This document shows positions 28,861-38,550 of a stretch of DNA of 64,000 nt, one piece after another (position 1 is the first letter of the stretch; each line of letters begins with the position of its first letter). The notes beneath the pieces are model-generated. The model saw nothing but the letters and a program-made list of their open reading frames with translations. It was not told the origin of the DNA and did no database searches. The translations under genes and the position numbers were made by a program. The stretch lies in NCBI GenBank assembly GCA_965207885.1, contig OZ242311.1:3200001-3264000 (forward strand), in the 5' to 3' direction. This DNA is from Candidatus Latescibacterota bacterium (lineage in GTDB: Bacteria; Latescibacterota; UBA2968).

Positions 28861-29691
28861 ATGGATTTTTATTTTCGACGTACATATCGCGGTGCGCTAA
28901 AAGCCATTTTGTTAGATTGGGCGGGAACCACAATGGATTACGGATGTTACGCGCCTGCTGTGGTCTTTCGCCAGGTGTACGAACGCATGCGAGTACCTAT
29001 CAGCATGGCCGAGGCGCGTGCGCCAATGGGGGCGCATAAAAAAGTCCACATTCGCAAAATATCTCAAATCGCATCTGTACACCAGCGCTGGGAAGATACC
29101 TACAATCGACCACCTCAGGAATCGGATATCGATGCGATGTTTGAAGCATTTGTGCCCTTGCAACTGAGTTGTCTGGCTGAATACGCCGACTTGATTCCCG
29201 GTACACTGGAAGCAGTTGCCGAGTTTCGCAAGCGCGGATTACAAATAGGATCAACCACCGGATATACAGGCGAAATGATGGCACTATTGCAGGAAGAAGC
29301 CAAAAAACGAGGTTACGAACCCGATGCAACTGTATGTGCAACCGACGTACCCGAAGGCCGTCCAGCACCGTGGATGTGTGTGCAAAATGCCATGCTACTG
29401 GGCGTATACCCCTTTGCAGCCTGTGTCAAAGTCGATGACACGATTCCCGGTATCGAAGAGGGCCTCAATGCGGGCATGTGGACCATTGGACTTGCAAAAA
29501 CAGGAAATGAAATCGGTCTAAACGAAAAAGAAATCAACCGCCTTGATCCCGAAGTACTACAAACACAACTCGAGACCGTATATCAGCGCATGCATCAGTC
29601 TGGCGCACACTATGTCGTCGATGGCATCTGGGATGTGCCTGCTGTATTAGACGACATCCAGAGCAGGCTCACACGCGGCGAGTGCCCCTGA
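28861..29691 (+). CDS. phnX: Phosphonoacetaldehyde hydrolase (phosphonatase)
   Basis: LDWAGTTMDYG, ARAPMGAHKKVHI, GRPAPWM, VKVDDT. Confidence 0.95.
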   Translation: MDFYFRRTYRGALKAILLDWAGTTMDYGCYAPAVVFRQVYERMRVPISMAEARAPMGAHKKVHIRKISQIASVHQRWEDTYNRPPQESDIDAMFEAFVPLQLSCLAEYADLIPGTLEAVAEFRKRGLQIGSTTGYTGEMMALLQEEAKKRGYEPDATVCATDVPEGRPAPWMCVQNAMLLGVYPFAACVKVDDTIPGIEEGLNAGMWTIGLAKTGNEIGLNEKEINRLDPEVLQTQLETVYQRMHQSGAHYVVDGIWDVPAVLDDIQSRLTRGECP

Positions 29692-29774
29692 GACCGCAAT
29701 ACGCATTGTTAGAAAAAAGACCGTGAGCTATATCCACAACCTTTATGTGCTCCATCTCCGCCTGGAAATATCCG

Positions 29775-32285
29775 TTACTCCGTTACGGCTGAGTGTATGG
29801 TGAGGATCTCTTCGCCCTGCGTATTTACGTTAAACCCGTACCGCTCTTTTTCAATTCCAATCTCGAACCCATTCTCGTTCTGAACCACCTGCACATTTGC
29901 CTCGTGCTCCACAAAAGCAAAAACCAGAATATCTCCGGGGGTCGATAGCTGCACCCGCGTGTTCGCATCCCGCGCCCCTGGGACAAAACTCCTCAAACTT
30001 CCCGCCGCCAGCCCAGAAGGCGCGAAAGGCACCACCTCCTTCTCGAAACAGGCATCCTCTCCGTACAGGAGCAACGCATCAATCGAGCGCCCACCCGCAC
30101 CGAAACGCGCCTGTTTCGCCCGGACCCGTCTCAAATCTACCGGGTTCAACTTCCAGCCCAGTGCCCCACTTCCGGTCTCCGGCCCCAGGTTCGTCTCAAA
30201 ATCCAACAGCAACCGCCTGCGCCCCGGGCATTTCAGATCTACCCTGCTCAGGTCGCATTTCACTCCTGTCTCAGGCATCTGCACTGCGCCCCCAAACGCC
30301 AGCGCTGTATTCGACTTGATGTAAAACGTCCTCGGTTCCGCACGCGACTTCAGATTCTGCAAATCCAGCCCCAGTTCACCGAAAATCGCGCGGTCGTCGC
30401 ACCTGTCCCTGCACCCATCCACCTCGATCTCAATAAACGGATTGTCTCCCGACCGGTTGAACCCACCCCATCGGATAACCGCCTCATGCCACCTGTCGGG
30501 TTCAATTTTCACCGATGAGACGACCTCCACCGACGTATTCCGCTGGCTCTGTACTACAAATGTCAGTGCGCTCCCGTCCATTATTGCCAGCGAATAATTA
30601 TTTACCCGGCTTCCCATGACTCTTCCCACGCCGATTCCCGTATTAAACAAAACCTTTGGCCCTTCTTTTCCATCCTCTCCGTTCAACCGAAAACGCATCC
30701 GCAATTCACCCGCCCTGGGATTAAAATAAGGTGCTCTCTCGTACTGCAGGTAATCACGACCGTTCAATCGCACGAATCTCTCCCTGCCTTTCCGCACCAC
30801 TCTTACACCGCGCCTCCGGCGTCTCAGTGCCGTCACAAGGATTGGCAAAGTCCCTTTCAACAGCCAGTATTCATGATCTGTTCGAATAGACCGCACGCGC
30901 AAGCGCTCGAATGATGCTGCGGCATCCAGCCGCCTCAGAAACGCCACGATCTCGTTTTGCCCGCCTGTGAAAGGGAGACTGCCGCAGGCCACCGGCTGGG
31001 CCTCCTCCGCGGAAATCGTCTTCAAAATCGGATATCCGCCCCATTGCACATGTAAATTCATAAACCCATGTGCGCTCCCGCCTTTGTATCCCGACACACA
31101 ACAGACCACAGCATCCCTATCCCATTCACTGCGCAGCAATCCGGTCTCCCCGTAGTGCATTCGGGTAAATTTCTTTGAAAGCGGCAATACAATCTTGCGA
31201 CTCGACTCCTGGAACTCAGGATCATAATAACAATAAGCGTACGGAGCGTATGCGATCATACACTCCGCCGTTGTACCCTTCACGCCCATCCCAAACCGGT
31301 AGAGCCGTCCCAGCCTCGGATCGCCAAGTGCGACGTCCCGCATCTCGGCATCTCCAGCTTCCTGCGCCAGCCGAAGCAGGGTCACCGAACACGCATCTAT
31401 CTGGCTGCCCGAAATCACATTTGAATTTTCCGAGTAGTACAGCCTGTCTTCGATCACCTGCGGCGGTGCCAGATGATACCGAAACCACGTCAAAGGCTGC
31501 TCCAATCGCTTCGGAAACGTCTTATACAGATCTTCCCCCGTCACATTGCGCAGCGCATCGGCAAAGTGAAGCATCCACAAATTTTCCCACGGCCAGAACG
31601 CAGGTCCGTCGCCCGGTGCGCCGTCTCGCCCGCAGCCATAGGGCATCACCCCGCTGCGAAACCGATCGATCACGGCCGATACCCAGACTTCCGCATCGGG
31701 ATGTTTTCCCAACAAATACAAAGCCGCCACACCAAAATGCCCGTTGTCAACCACGGCGTGGTGTCGTCCATCCGATGAGTATCGGTTCCGCTCTACATCC
31801 GGCCACCAGCGTTTCATCATCTGAACCAGACACGCGGTCGCCTGTTTTTTTTCCACATCGGGCAACGCCTTGTCGAGCAGATCCAGCGCCAGTGCAAACG
31901 CCTGCATATACCGGTTGGCCGTATAAAAATGCTCTTCTACCCGGTCACTGTGTTCCCATTCCCCCGCCGCGCGCAACCAATCTCTCGCCCGTTTTAACCA
32001 GCGCGGATCTCCCGTCAGCCGCCAGGCGAATGCATAATGCTCTATCAGTGCGGTTGCGTACATCCCCGTATAGAACGTCAGGTATAGCTGGTGGTATGGG
32101 TGCGGGCTGTGAGGTCGTTCGGGAATTCGTTTCCACGGCCGCTGAAAATAAAAAATCTCGCAATCTGCGAGAATATTCTTAAGGATTCGTTTTCGCGCCT
32201 CATCCTCCGGCGGGTCGAATCTGTAATTCGGATCATCCGCGGGATGATACAGCCGGGGATGATCCTCACGCAGAACCTGAACCAT
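29775..32285 (-). CDS. Hypothetical 836-aa protein, heparinase II/III-like lyase N-terminus plus LamG-like insert
   Basis: HPRL start, AFAWRLTGDPRWL, DNGH, DGPAFW, LRSEW, and a later WHEAVIRW segment. The family call is inference. Confidence 0.55.
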   Translation of the reverse strand: MVQVLREDHPRLYHPADDPNYRFDPPEDEARKRILKNILADCEIFYFQRPWKRIPERPHSPHPYHQLYLTFYTGMYATALIEHYAFAWRLTGDPRWLKRARDWLRAAGEWEHSDRVEEHFYTANRYMQAFALALDLLDKALPDVEKKQATACLVQMMKRWWPDVERNRYSSDGRHHAVVDNGHFGVAALYLLGKHPDAEVWVSAVIDRFRSGVMPYGCGRDGAPGDGPAFWPWENLWMLHFADALRNVTGEDLYKTFPKRLEQPLTWFRYHLAPPQVIEDRLYYSENSNVISGSQIDACSVTLLRLAQEAGDAEMRDVALGDPRLGRLYRFGMGVKGTTAECMIAYAPYAYCYYDPEFQESSRKIVLPLSKKFTRMHYGETGLLRSEWDRDAVVCCVSGYKGGSAHGFMNLHVQWGGYPILKTISAEEAQPVACGSLPFTGGQNEIVAFLRRLDAAASFERLRVRSIRTDHEYWLLKGTLPILVTALRRRRRGVRVVRKGRERFVRLNGRDYLQYERAPYFNPRAGELRMRFRLNGEDGKEGPKVLFNTGIGVGRVMGSRVNNYSLAIMDGSALTFVVQSQRNTSVEVVSSVKIEPDRWHEAVIRWGGFNRSGDNPFIEIEVDGCRDRCDDRAIFGELGLDLQNLKSRAEPRTFYIKSNTALAFGGAVQMPETGVKCDLSRVDLKCPGRRRLLLDFETNLGPETGSGALGWKLNPVDLRRVRAKQARFGAGGRSIDALLLYGEDACFEKEVVPFAPSGLAAGSLRSFVPGARDANTRVQLSTPGDILVFAFVEHEANVQVVQNENGFEIGIEKERYGFNVNTQGEEILTIHSAVTE

Positions 32286-32287
32286 AA

Positions 32288-32668
32288 TTATTTCAAAGCC
32301 TCATCAATCAAAAATAGATCGGTCAGCAGCGCACGCAAATGGATAGAGGCATTTAAGTTGTCGATCAACTGGGAACTGATGGCGGGCTTGCCCAGCACGA
32401 GGTTAATGCCCGCCTGTGCTCTTTTCGCATCGGCATTCATCTCATCCAAAAAATTCCGATAATCCACAAGCTCTCTTTCTTCTGCAATACGCACTGCGGA
32501 TTCTCCCAGATTATCGAGCGCGTTATTCATTCCTTTTAGCGCATGTCGGATCTGAGAGTCTGGCCCGTCATCTCCTTCTATACCCTGTGCGGCATAAGCC
32601 AGCATCAATTCATAGCCCGACTCTATCGCTTCAATATGTTGCGCCCACTCTGAGAAAACATCTGCCAT
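32288..32668 (-). CDS. Hypothetical helical protein in Mo-hydroxylase operon 2
   Basis: 126-aa ORF with 2-3 bp spacing to both neighbours. Confidence 0.75.
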   Translation of the reverse strand: MADVFSEWAQHIEAIESGYELMLAYAAQGIEGDDGPDSQIRHALKGMNNALDNLGESAVRIAEERELVDYRNFLDEMNADAKRAQAGINLVLGKPAISSQLIDNLNASIHLRALLTDLFLIDEALK

Positions 32669-32671
32669 GCG

Positions 32672-33298
32672 TTATGCGCCTTTTCTTTTTGTATCCCACT
32701 TCTCTGGATCGTGATGTGCGCGATATTCCTCGTCTGTAATCCATCCTTTAATCATTGATCGCGTATAAAAAAGTTTCTCTGGGCGTATGGCAAAATAAAC
32801 ATGCATCATAATCAGCGGAATAAAACACAGACCCGAAAAATCGTGCAAAACATAAATAATACCCCAGCTTTCGCCTGAGAAAACATAAGGATCGCGCGTC
32901 CAGAAAGGCGAATCAATTTTAAGCAACATCAAAATACCCGTCACACAGGCAACCAGACTCATAATCGCCACAATATGGTGATAAATCTTTTGCATCAGCC
33001 AGTATTTGCCGGGCGATACTTTCAAAGCCTTGATCGAACCCGACAGCGAGGAAAGAACGTCTGCAAATTCTCCTCGCGCGATCCACATAGACCGCCAGTC
33101 TTGCCGGGTCATGGCGTAAATAATATGAAACAAAACAGAAGCAGTAAAAATCACCCCAGAAACCCAGTGCAGCGTTACCCATGCAAACTTGATCCCCAAA
33201 ATCGGCAAAAAACCAGTTAGCACCAGAGCGATCATACACGCAGCCATCAACCAGTGATTGATCCGGGTAGCGAGGGTATGTCTCAGCAGGACATTCAT
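32672..33298 (-). CDS. Cytochrome b subunit (FdnI / Ni-hydrogenase cyt b family)
   Basis: RINHW, LHWVSG, PGKY..MQKIYH, LHD, MMHVY, SMIKGW. Start at MNVLLRH. Confidence 0.85.
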   Translation of the reverse strand: MNVLLRHTLATRINHWLMAACMIALVLTGFLPILGIKFAWVTLHWVSGVIFTASVLFHIIYAMTRQDWRSMWIARGEFADVLSSLSGSIKALKVSPGKYWLMQKIYHHIVAIMSLVACVTGILMLLKIDSPFWTRDPYVFSGESWGIIYVLHDFSGLCFIPLIMMHVYFAIRPEKLFYTRSMIKGWITDEEYRAHHDPEKWDTKRKGA

Positions 33299-33450
33299 TG
33301 ACCGTTTTCTTTCACAAAAAAGTGCATATAAATCGCATGCAAAACAATAAACACAACGCCAGCACCTGCAAAATATCCGATCAGATTCCACGAAAGACCT
33401 TCTAAAACCCGCTGTCCCCAGGCATCGCTGGTATATCGAAAAATATCCAT
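33295..33450 (-). CDS. Small single-TM protein, 51 aa
   Basis: Not in the ORF track. MDIFRYTSDAWGQRVLEGLSWNLIGYFAGAGVVFIVLHAIYMHFFVKENGQ*. TGATG overlap upstream and ATGA overlap downstream. Confidence 0.75.
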   Translation of the reverse strand: MDIFRYTSDAWGQRVLEGLSWNLIGYFAGAGVVFIVLHAIYMHFFVKENGQ

Positions 33451-34439
33451 CAGCTCTCTCGTATCGCCCGTTTGACCAAACTTTCCATCAGGGGAATCTT
33501 AAACCCATTGTAATTCAGTGGCGTGGCGCCCCGGGTTGCCGCACTCGCCGCGAGATCGGCAGACGCACCATTTTGGAGACTGCCCTTAACCACCTCTTCC
33601 ACAACTGTCAAGCGCAGTGGCACACACGCAACACCGCCGCATGCCATGCGGATATCGACAATCGCATCGTTCTCTACCTTCATCGCAGAGGCAATATTGA
33701 CCAGTGCGAAATCCCAGGTGTTCCTTTCGGCTACCTTTTCAAAATAAAAACGCACATCTGCCCAGGTATTGGGAATCACAATCGACTTGAGCAAATCACC
33801 CGGTTGCAAAATCGTCATGCGCATAATATCCACATCGGGACCAATGAAAAAATCCTCTGCCTGCACCTCTTTTTCCCCATCGCCATTTACAACCACCATA
33901 CGCGCATCGAGAGCAACAAGTGCGGGAGCAGTATCTGAAGGCGACACGGCAATACAACGATCCGCCCCAAAAAGACAATGTTCGCGGTCAATTCCCTCGG
34001 GCGTATCCGCATAACAGGTATTCCCGCCCGCGCGATAACAATCCAGACCATACCGATAATACCAGCACCGCGTATCCTGGCAGACATTGCCTCCAATCGT
34101 TCCCGCATTGCGAATTTGCGGACTGGCGACATGTCGCGCAGCATCGGCCAACACACCGTATTTCTCTTTAATCAGCGCACTTGTCTCAATCTCCGTCAGC
34201 GTGGTCAGTGCACCAATTTCAATCCCATCGGCTGTTTCCCGTATCCCATGCAAATCATCAATACCGTTAATATCGATAACTGCCCTGGGCTTCTTGGCGC
34301 GGTCCTTAAACCAGTCAAAACTATCCTGACCGCCTGCCAGAACCCAACCATCATCGCCATAGCGATCCATTAAATTCAGCGCGTGATCTATTGCAGTGGG
34401 CTGATACAATTCAAAATTAGCCATCATATCTCTGAGCAT
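33450..34439 (-). CDS. Mo-hydroxylase FAD subunit with 4Fe-4S insert (PaoB/YagS-like)
   Basis: LAGGQD, ASPQIRNAGTIGGN, Cys-rich insert RCWYYR..C..GGNTC...RC. Confidence 0.92.
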   Translation of the reverse strand: MLRDMMANFELYQPTAIDHALNLMDRYGDDGWVLAGGQDSFDWFKDRAKKPRAVIDINGIDDLHGIRETADGIEIGALTTLTEIETSALIKEKYGVLADAARHVASPQIRNAGTIGGNVCQDTRCWYYRYGLDCYRAGGNTCYADTPEGIDREHCLFGADRCIAVSPSDTAPALVALDARMVVVNGDGEKEVQAEDFFIGPDVDIMRMTILQPGDLLKSIVIPNTWADVRFYFEKVAERNTWDFALVNIASAMKVENDAIVDIRMACGGVACVPLRLTVVEEVVKGSLQNGASADLAASAATRGATPLNYNGFKIPLMESLVKRAIRES

Positions 34440-34454
34440 ATCATTTCCCCCTTC

Positions 34455-36851
34455 TCATACCGTATTCACCTGCAGCGCCTTATACGACTGTTCGCGTCCT
34501 GCGGCTGCATTGACAATATGATCGGTCGTCACTGGCATCCGATTAAAATAATGCCCGCCCAGCGCATCTGAAATCGCGCACAAAAGCGCGGCAGCGGCAC
34601 AACCCTGCACAGGCTCACCTATCCCCTTAGCACCAACTGGATTTTGAGGATCGGCGATATCGACCACCTCGGTTTTCATTTCAGACGGAACATCAAGATA
34701 AGATGGCGGCTTGCACTGATAGAGCCCCATATTTGCTGGAAGGCCGTTTTGCGGATCATATACGTACCGCTCCAGCGCAGCCAGGCCAAAACCCATAACT
34801 GCACCGCCTTTGATCTGCGTCTCCAATCCCTGTGGATGTAGCACCGTACCGCACTCTGCAACCCCCACGTAATCCAAAATCTCGTACTTGCCAGTCTCCA
34901 GATCCAATTCAATTTCGATAAGTCCAACGGCCATCGCAGGGACAACGCCTTCGTGCTTCAGATTGTCTTTGGCAACACCGATCAAGCCCGTGCCCGCAAG
35001 CCCAGCCACTGAGGCTTTTGTCATGGCATGGATATCCTCTGGAGCTTCATGACCGTCGTATTTGCCTCCCAGTTCAATTGCGCGTTTTGCAGCATCTGCA
35101 AATCCCATGCTTTTGGATTTATCCGTCTTATGCACAACACGCTCATCGGCCAGATCGTAATCGCCGGGAGAGCCACCCAGGTCCTTTGCTGCAATCTCCA
35201 GCAATTTGTTCTTCGCATCCATAGCCGCAACATAATTCGTGCGCGTCATCGTAAACGAGGTATTGCTCCCCCACTGTGCGTGGTTCCACGGCAAATGACG
35301 GCGGCTATCGCCCCGCTCAATCACGCAATTTTCCCATTTACACGTCAGCACTTCGGCGGCTGCGAGAGACGTTGCAGTGTGCGAAAACGTGCCGAGATTG
35401 CCAACGCCCGAATGAATGTGCAACTTGCCCTCTGGTGTCAAGCGCACCAGGCCATCAAACTTACTCGAACCCGCCGAGTGATAAGCCTGCCCAATTCCCA
35501 CGCCTATAACCTTAGACCCATTTCTTTGGCGGCTTTTTTGCTTTTTTTCTGCCCAATCAAAAGCCTTGCCGCCTTTGTCGAGTGCCTCGCGCATATAAAC
35601 GCTCGTAACAGGTCCTTGCCTGCGCCCGTATTTCGAATCGTTATCGGGTGCATTAATACGCCGAATCGCCAGTTGATCAATGCCCAATTCCTCGGCGGCC
35701 TTGTCGAGCAAAGGCTCGACCACACAGGCGATCTGATTTTGTCCGGGACCGCGCTGTGCCCCCCTGATTGGTGTATTGGTATATACGGGAATCCCTCGAA
35801 AGCGCATGGCTTCGGGCGTATAAACCAGCGAAACCGCATCGCCAGCAGCAGTCCAATCACCACCGCCGCGATAGGCACCATTTTCCTGAATCACGTACAT
35901 ATCCAGCGCACTAATCCGCCCATCGCTGCGAAAACCAATTTTAATTCGCCCCTGAAAACCGTGACGCGCAGATCCGATAAAGTACTCTTCCGCGCGACTA
36001 ATACGCATCATTACGGGGCGTCCGACTTTTTTGGACATAAGCGGCGGAATAGCCATCACGGGATACGCCGTGCCTTTGGAACCAAAACCCCCACCGCAGT
36101 ATTCCGCGATATAGACCAGATCTTCAGAATTCATATCCAGGAGACGAGCCAGATCGCGTGTGGGACGGCTCTGGCTTTGTGTTGCGCCATATACGAAACA
36201 CTTGCCGTTTTCCCATAAAGCCATGCACGACCGAGGTTCCATTGAATGATGCGGATTATTTGCCGTGACAAAGCTCTCATCTACGATCAATTTCGCATTT
36301 TCAAATCCCTGGCCAACCTCGCCATAAGACCACTCAGTTGCGGGTTTGCCCGTTGGACACACATCTTTATCGACAAAATCCCCAGCAGTCCATTTTATTG
36401 TCTCGCTTCCCGAACGCCGGTTGCGAATATTGCCGTCTTCGCGGGCATCTGTACCGCCGGGATAGAGACTCTCCAGAGGATCGAGCGTAAAGGGCAGGGG
36501 TTCATAATCAATCGCAATTTTGTCAATTGCATCCTGTGCAGTCTGCTCGTCGAGCGCGGCAACTGCCAAAATCGGATCCCCTACATAATGGGGATTATTG
36601 GTCAATATGGGATTGTTCGGCGCGTTTTGCTCGGGCACGTCATCAGCCGTTAAAATACCCACAACGCCCTTCATCTTCATCGCTTCAGACACATTGATGT
36701 TGCGAACGCGCGCATGGGGCATCGTGCTCAAAAGCAAGCGACAAAACACCATGCCTTCGGCGCGAAAATCCTCGGCGTATTTTGCCTTACCCGTAACCTT
36801 TGCCGCCACATCTGGCGGCGTAAAATCCTTGCCAATCAATTGATATGCCAT
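34455..36851 (-). CDS. Mo-hydroxylase large (Moco) subunit
   Basis: KVTGKAKY, HHSMEP, GGGFGSK, AQRGPG, GAKGIGEP. Confidence 0.93.
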   Translation of the reverse strand: MAYQLIGKDFTPPDVAAKVTGKAKYAEDFRAEGMVFCRLLLSTMPHARVRNINVSEAMKMKGVVGILTADDVPEQNAPNNPILTNNPHYVGDPILAVAALDEQTAQDAIDKIAIDYEPLPFTLDPLESLYPGGTDAREDGNIRNRRSGSETIKWTAGDFVDKDVCPTGKPATEWSYGEVGQGFENAKLIVDESFVTANNPHHSMEPRSCMALWENGKCFVYGATQSQSRPTRDLARLLDMNSEDLVYIAEYCGGGFGSKGTAYPVMAIPPLMSKKVGRPVMMRISRAEEYFIGSARHGFQGRIKIGFRSDGRISALDMYVIQENGAYRGGGDWTAAGDAVSLVYTPEAMRFRGIPVYTNTPIRGAQRGPGQNQIACVVEPLLDKAAEELGIDQLAIRRINAPDNDSKYGRRQGPVTSVYMREALDKGGKAFDWAEKKQKSRQRNGSKVIGVGIGQAYHSAGSSKFDGLVRLTPEGKLHIHSGVGNLGTFSHTATSLAAAEVLTCKWENCVIERGDSRRHLPWNHAQWGSNTSFTMTRTNYVAAMDAKNKLLEIAAKDLGGSPGDYDLADERVVHKTDKSKSMGFADAAKRAIELGGKYDGHEAPEDIHAMTKASVAGLAGTGLIGVAKDNLKHEGVVPAMAVGLIEIELDLETGKYEILDYVGVAECGTVLHPQGLETQIKGGAVMGFGLAALERYVYDPQNGLPANMGLYQCKPPSYLDVPSEMKTEVVDIADPQNPVGAKGIGEPVQGCAAAALLCAISDALGGHYFNRMPVTTDHIVNAAAGREQSYKALQVNTV

Positions 36852-37496
36852 TTAAGAAGCCTCCTTTGCCGCATGCATTACTGAGTTTAGATAATTGTCG
36901 TAAGCACCACAGCGACAAAGGTTTCCAGACATGGCAACCCGGGCTTCTTCTCGCGTTGGATCCGGATTGATCTTCAGCAGTGCCACCGCAGACATCACCT
37001 GCCCCGGCGTGCAAAATCCACACTGAGGGCCCAGTTCTTCTATAAATGCTCGCTGAACCGGATGCAACGCGCCATCTTCGCCTTCAAGGCCCTCGACGGT
37101 CACAACCGAACGGCCTCGCACGCGGTGGGTTAAAGTCGAACACGAATACATCGCCACATCATCGACCAGTACTGTACACGCACCGCATTCCCCCCGGTCG
37201 CACCCCAGCTTTGTGCCCGTAAGCCCCAGTTTGTATCGCAAAGTCATCGCCAGTGTTTCCTGTGGCAAAACATCAACGCGACGCACGCGTCCATTTACAT
37301 TGAGAGAAATGAGCCGCTCAACCGCGCCCGGCGCGCTGCCCATATCACCCGCACAGCCTCCAAACACATATCCCATCGCAGAAATAGACGCGCCAGTGGC
37401 AATAATCCCTTTGATAAAATCGCGCCTGGACATCCCCGCTCGACCCATTTCCGCATCATCCAGGAACACGGTCTCGCGAGATAAATTTGTATTCAT
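36852..37496 (-). CDS. Mo-hydroxylase 2Fe-2S subunit with Tat signal (PaoA/YagT-like)
   Basis: SRRDFIK Tat motif, FGGC possible lipobox, GTKLGCDRGECGAC, QCGFCTPG, GNLCRCGAY. Confidence 0.93.
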   Translation of the reverse strand: MNTNLSRETVFLDDAEMGRAGMSRRDFIKGIIATGASISAMGYVFGGCAGDMGSAPGAVERLISLNVNGRVRRVDVLPQETLAMTLRYKLGLTGTKLGCDRGECGACTVLVDDVAMYSCSTLTHRVRGRSVVTVEGLEGEDGALHPVQRAFIEELGPQCGFCTPGQVMSAVALLKINPDPTREEARVAMSGNLCRCGAYDNYLNSVMHAAKEAS

Positions 37497-37541
37497 AGAA
37501 CCTCCTCATGCTTTTTTCTGCCTTTGAATCTGCATTGAACA

Positions 37542-37570
37542 TTTATAGAGAGAAAAAAACAGCCTGTCAA
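37542..37570 (-). promoter_or_regulatory. Sigma70-like promoter of Mo-hydroxylase operon 2
   Basis: TTGACA-N17-TATAAA. Confidence 0.65.
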
Positions 37571-37571
37571 C

Positions 37572-38438
37572 TCAGTTTTTAGCACTCGCTTTTTCTTCCG
37601 CTTCGATCAGCGCGGCGACATCTATGCGCCCCGCATTGTGTGGGGGTTGCATAATAGCCTGTTGAAGCGGTGTCAACTCATCCATAAACGGCGCATATTT
37701 CGCGGGATCATTGCCACTCGGCGGGTTGACATACCCCCCTGCGGCATAGCGATATAACAGAGTTCGTCGCTCGTGATCCGCAGTCCACGGCATCGCGCCA
37801 TGTGTCAATGCCTCGGTAAAAATCACTGCAGAACCCGCCTTCATGGGAATATGCTTAAAACAACCCAGGTCCCGCTCCATTCGGCGCACATCCGTCGGGC
37901 ATTCAAAATTTGCCTTATGACTGCCGGGAATACACACAAACCCACCGTCGCCAAGATTGACATCGGCGAGTTGATAACACACGGCAATCAGATTATTCCA
38001 CATCTTCCCATCTTTGCAGAAATACATATGTCCGCCCAAAAATCCACCGCCGCCGTGAAGCAAATGCCCTTCTGCTCCTCTGGTCATGCTAATCCCATTG
38101 GCATTGCCATAGCGAAATCCATTGCCGATCATATCGAGCATATAGTGCATCGTTGGCAAATGAGATAGCAGATCTCGGAAGGGTTGACACCACGGCTTTG
38201 GCCATCTCAAAATACTCCCGATGTCACCACGTCCATGCGTGCCTTCCAGTGCGATAGAAACCTCACTACCGTGTTGACCCGCGCCACCCGACAACCTCAG
38301 TTTCCCCTCTCGAATCCGTATTCTGTCTCGATTGTGATCAATCGCCTCGTTGAGTGCTGCAACCTGATCGGCGGACAAAATATCCTCCACAACCAGATAT
38401 CCATTTACATCAAAAAAATACTTCTCATAAACGTCCAT
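37572..38438 (-). CDS. Phytanoyl-CoA dioxygenase (PhyH) family Fe/2OG enzyme
   Basis: FDVNGYLVVEDIL, GGFVCIPGSHK, AGSAVIF..ALTHG, RR. Confidence 0.9.
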   Translation of the reverse strand: MDVYEKYFFDVNGYLVVEDILSADQVAALNEAIDHNRDRIRIREGKLRLSGGAGQHGSEVSIALEGTHGRGDIGSILRWPKPWCQPFRDLLSHLPTMHYMLDMIGNGFRYGNANGISMTRGAEGHLLHGGGGFLGGHMYFCKDGKMWNNLIAVCYQLADVNLGDGGFVCIPGSHKANFECPTDVRRMERDLGCFKHIPMKAGSAVIFTEALTHGAMPWTADHERRTLLYRYAAGGYVNPPSGNDPAKYAPFMDELTPLQQAIMQPPHNAGRIDVAALIEAEEKASAKN

Positions 38439-38550
38439 AACAACCTCCTCATGGATTCACCGAAAAATTATAACATAAATTTTAAGTTGAAAACTTCTGA
38501 CCTTCGCCCTATTTTGCCTCGTCATTAAAATGCTTTACACTGGGGGATTC

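Noticed and set aside
35028-36218. Long antisense ORFs (this one; also 31175-32182, 14689-15471, 21032-21790)
   Set aside because: They lie opposite well-supported genes and show no recognisable motifs, consistent with shadow ORFs.
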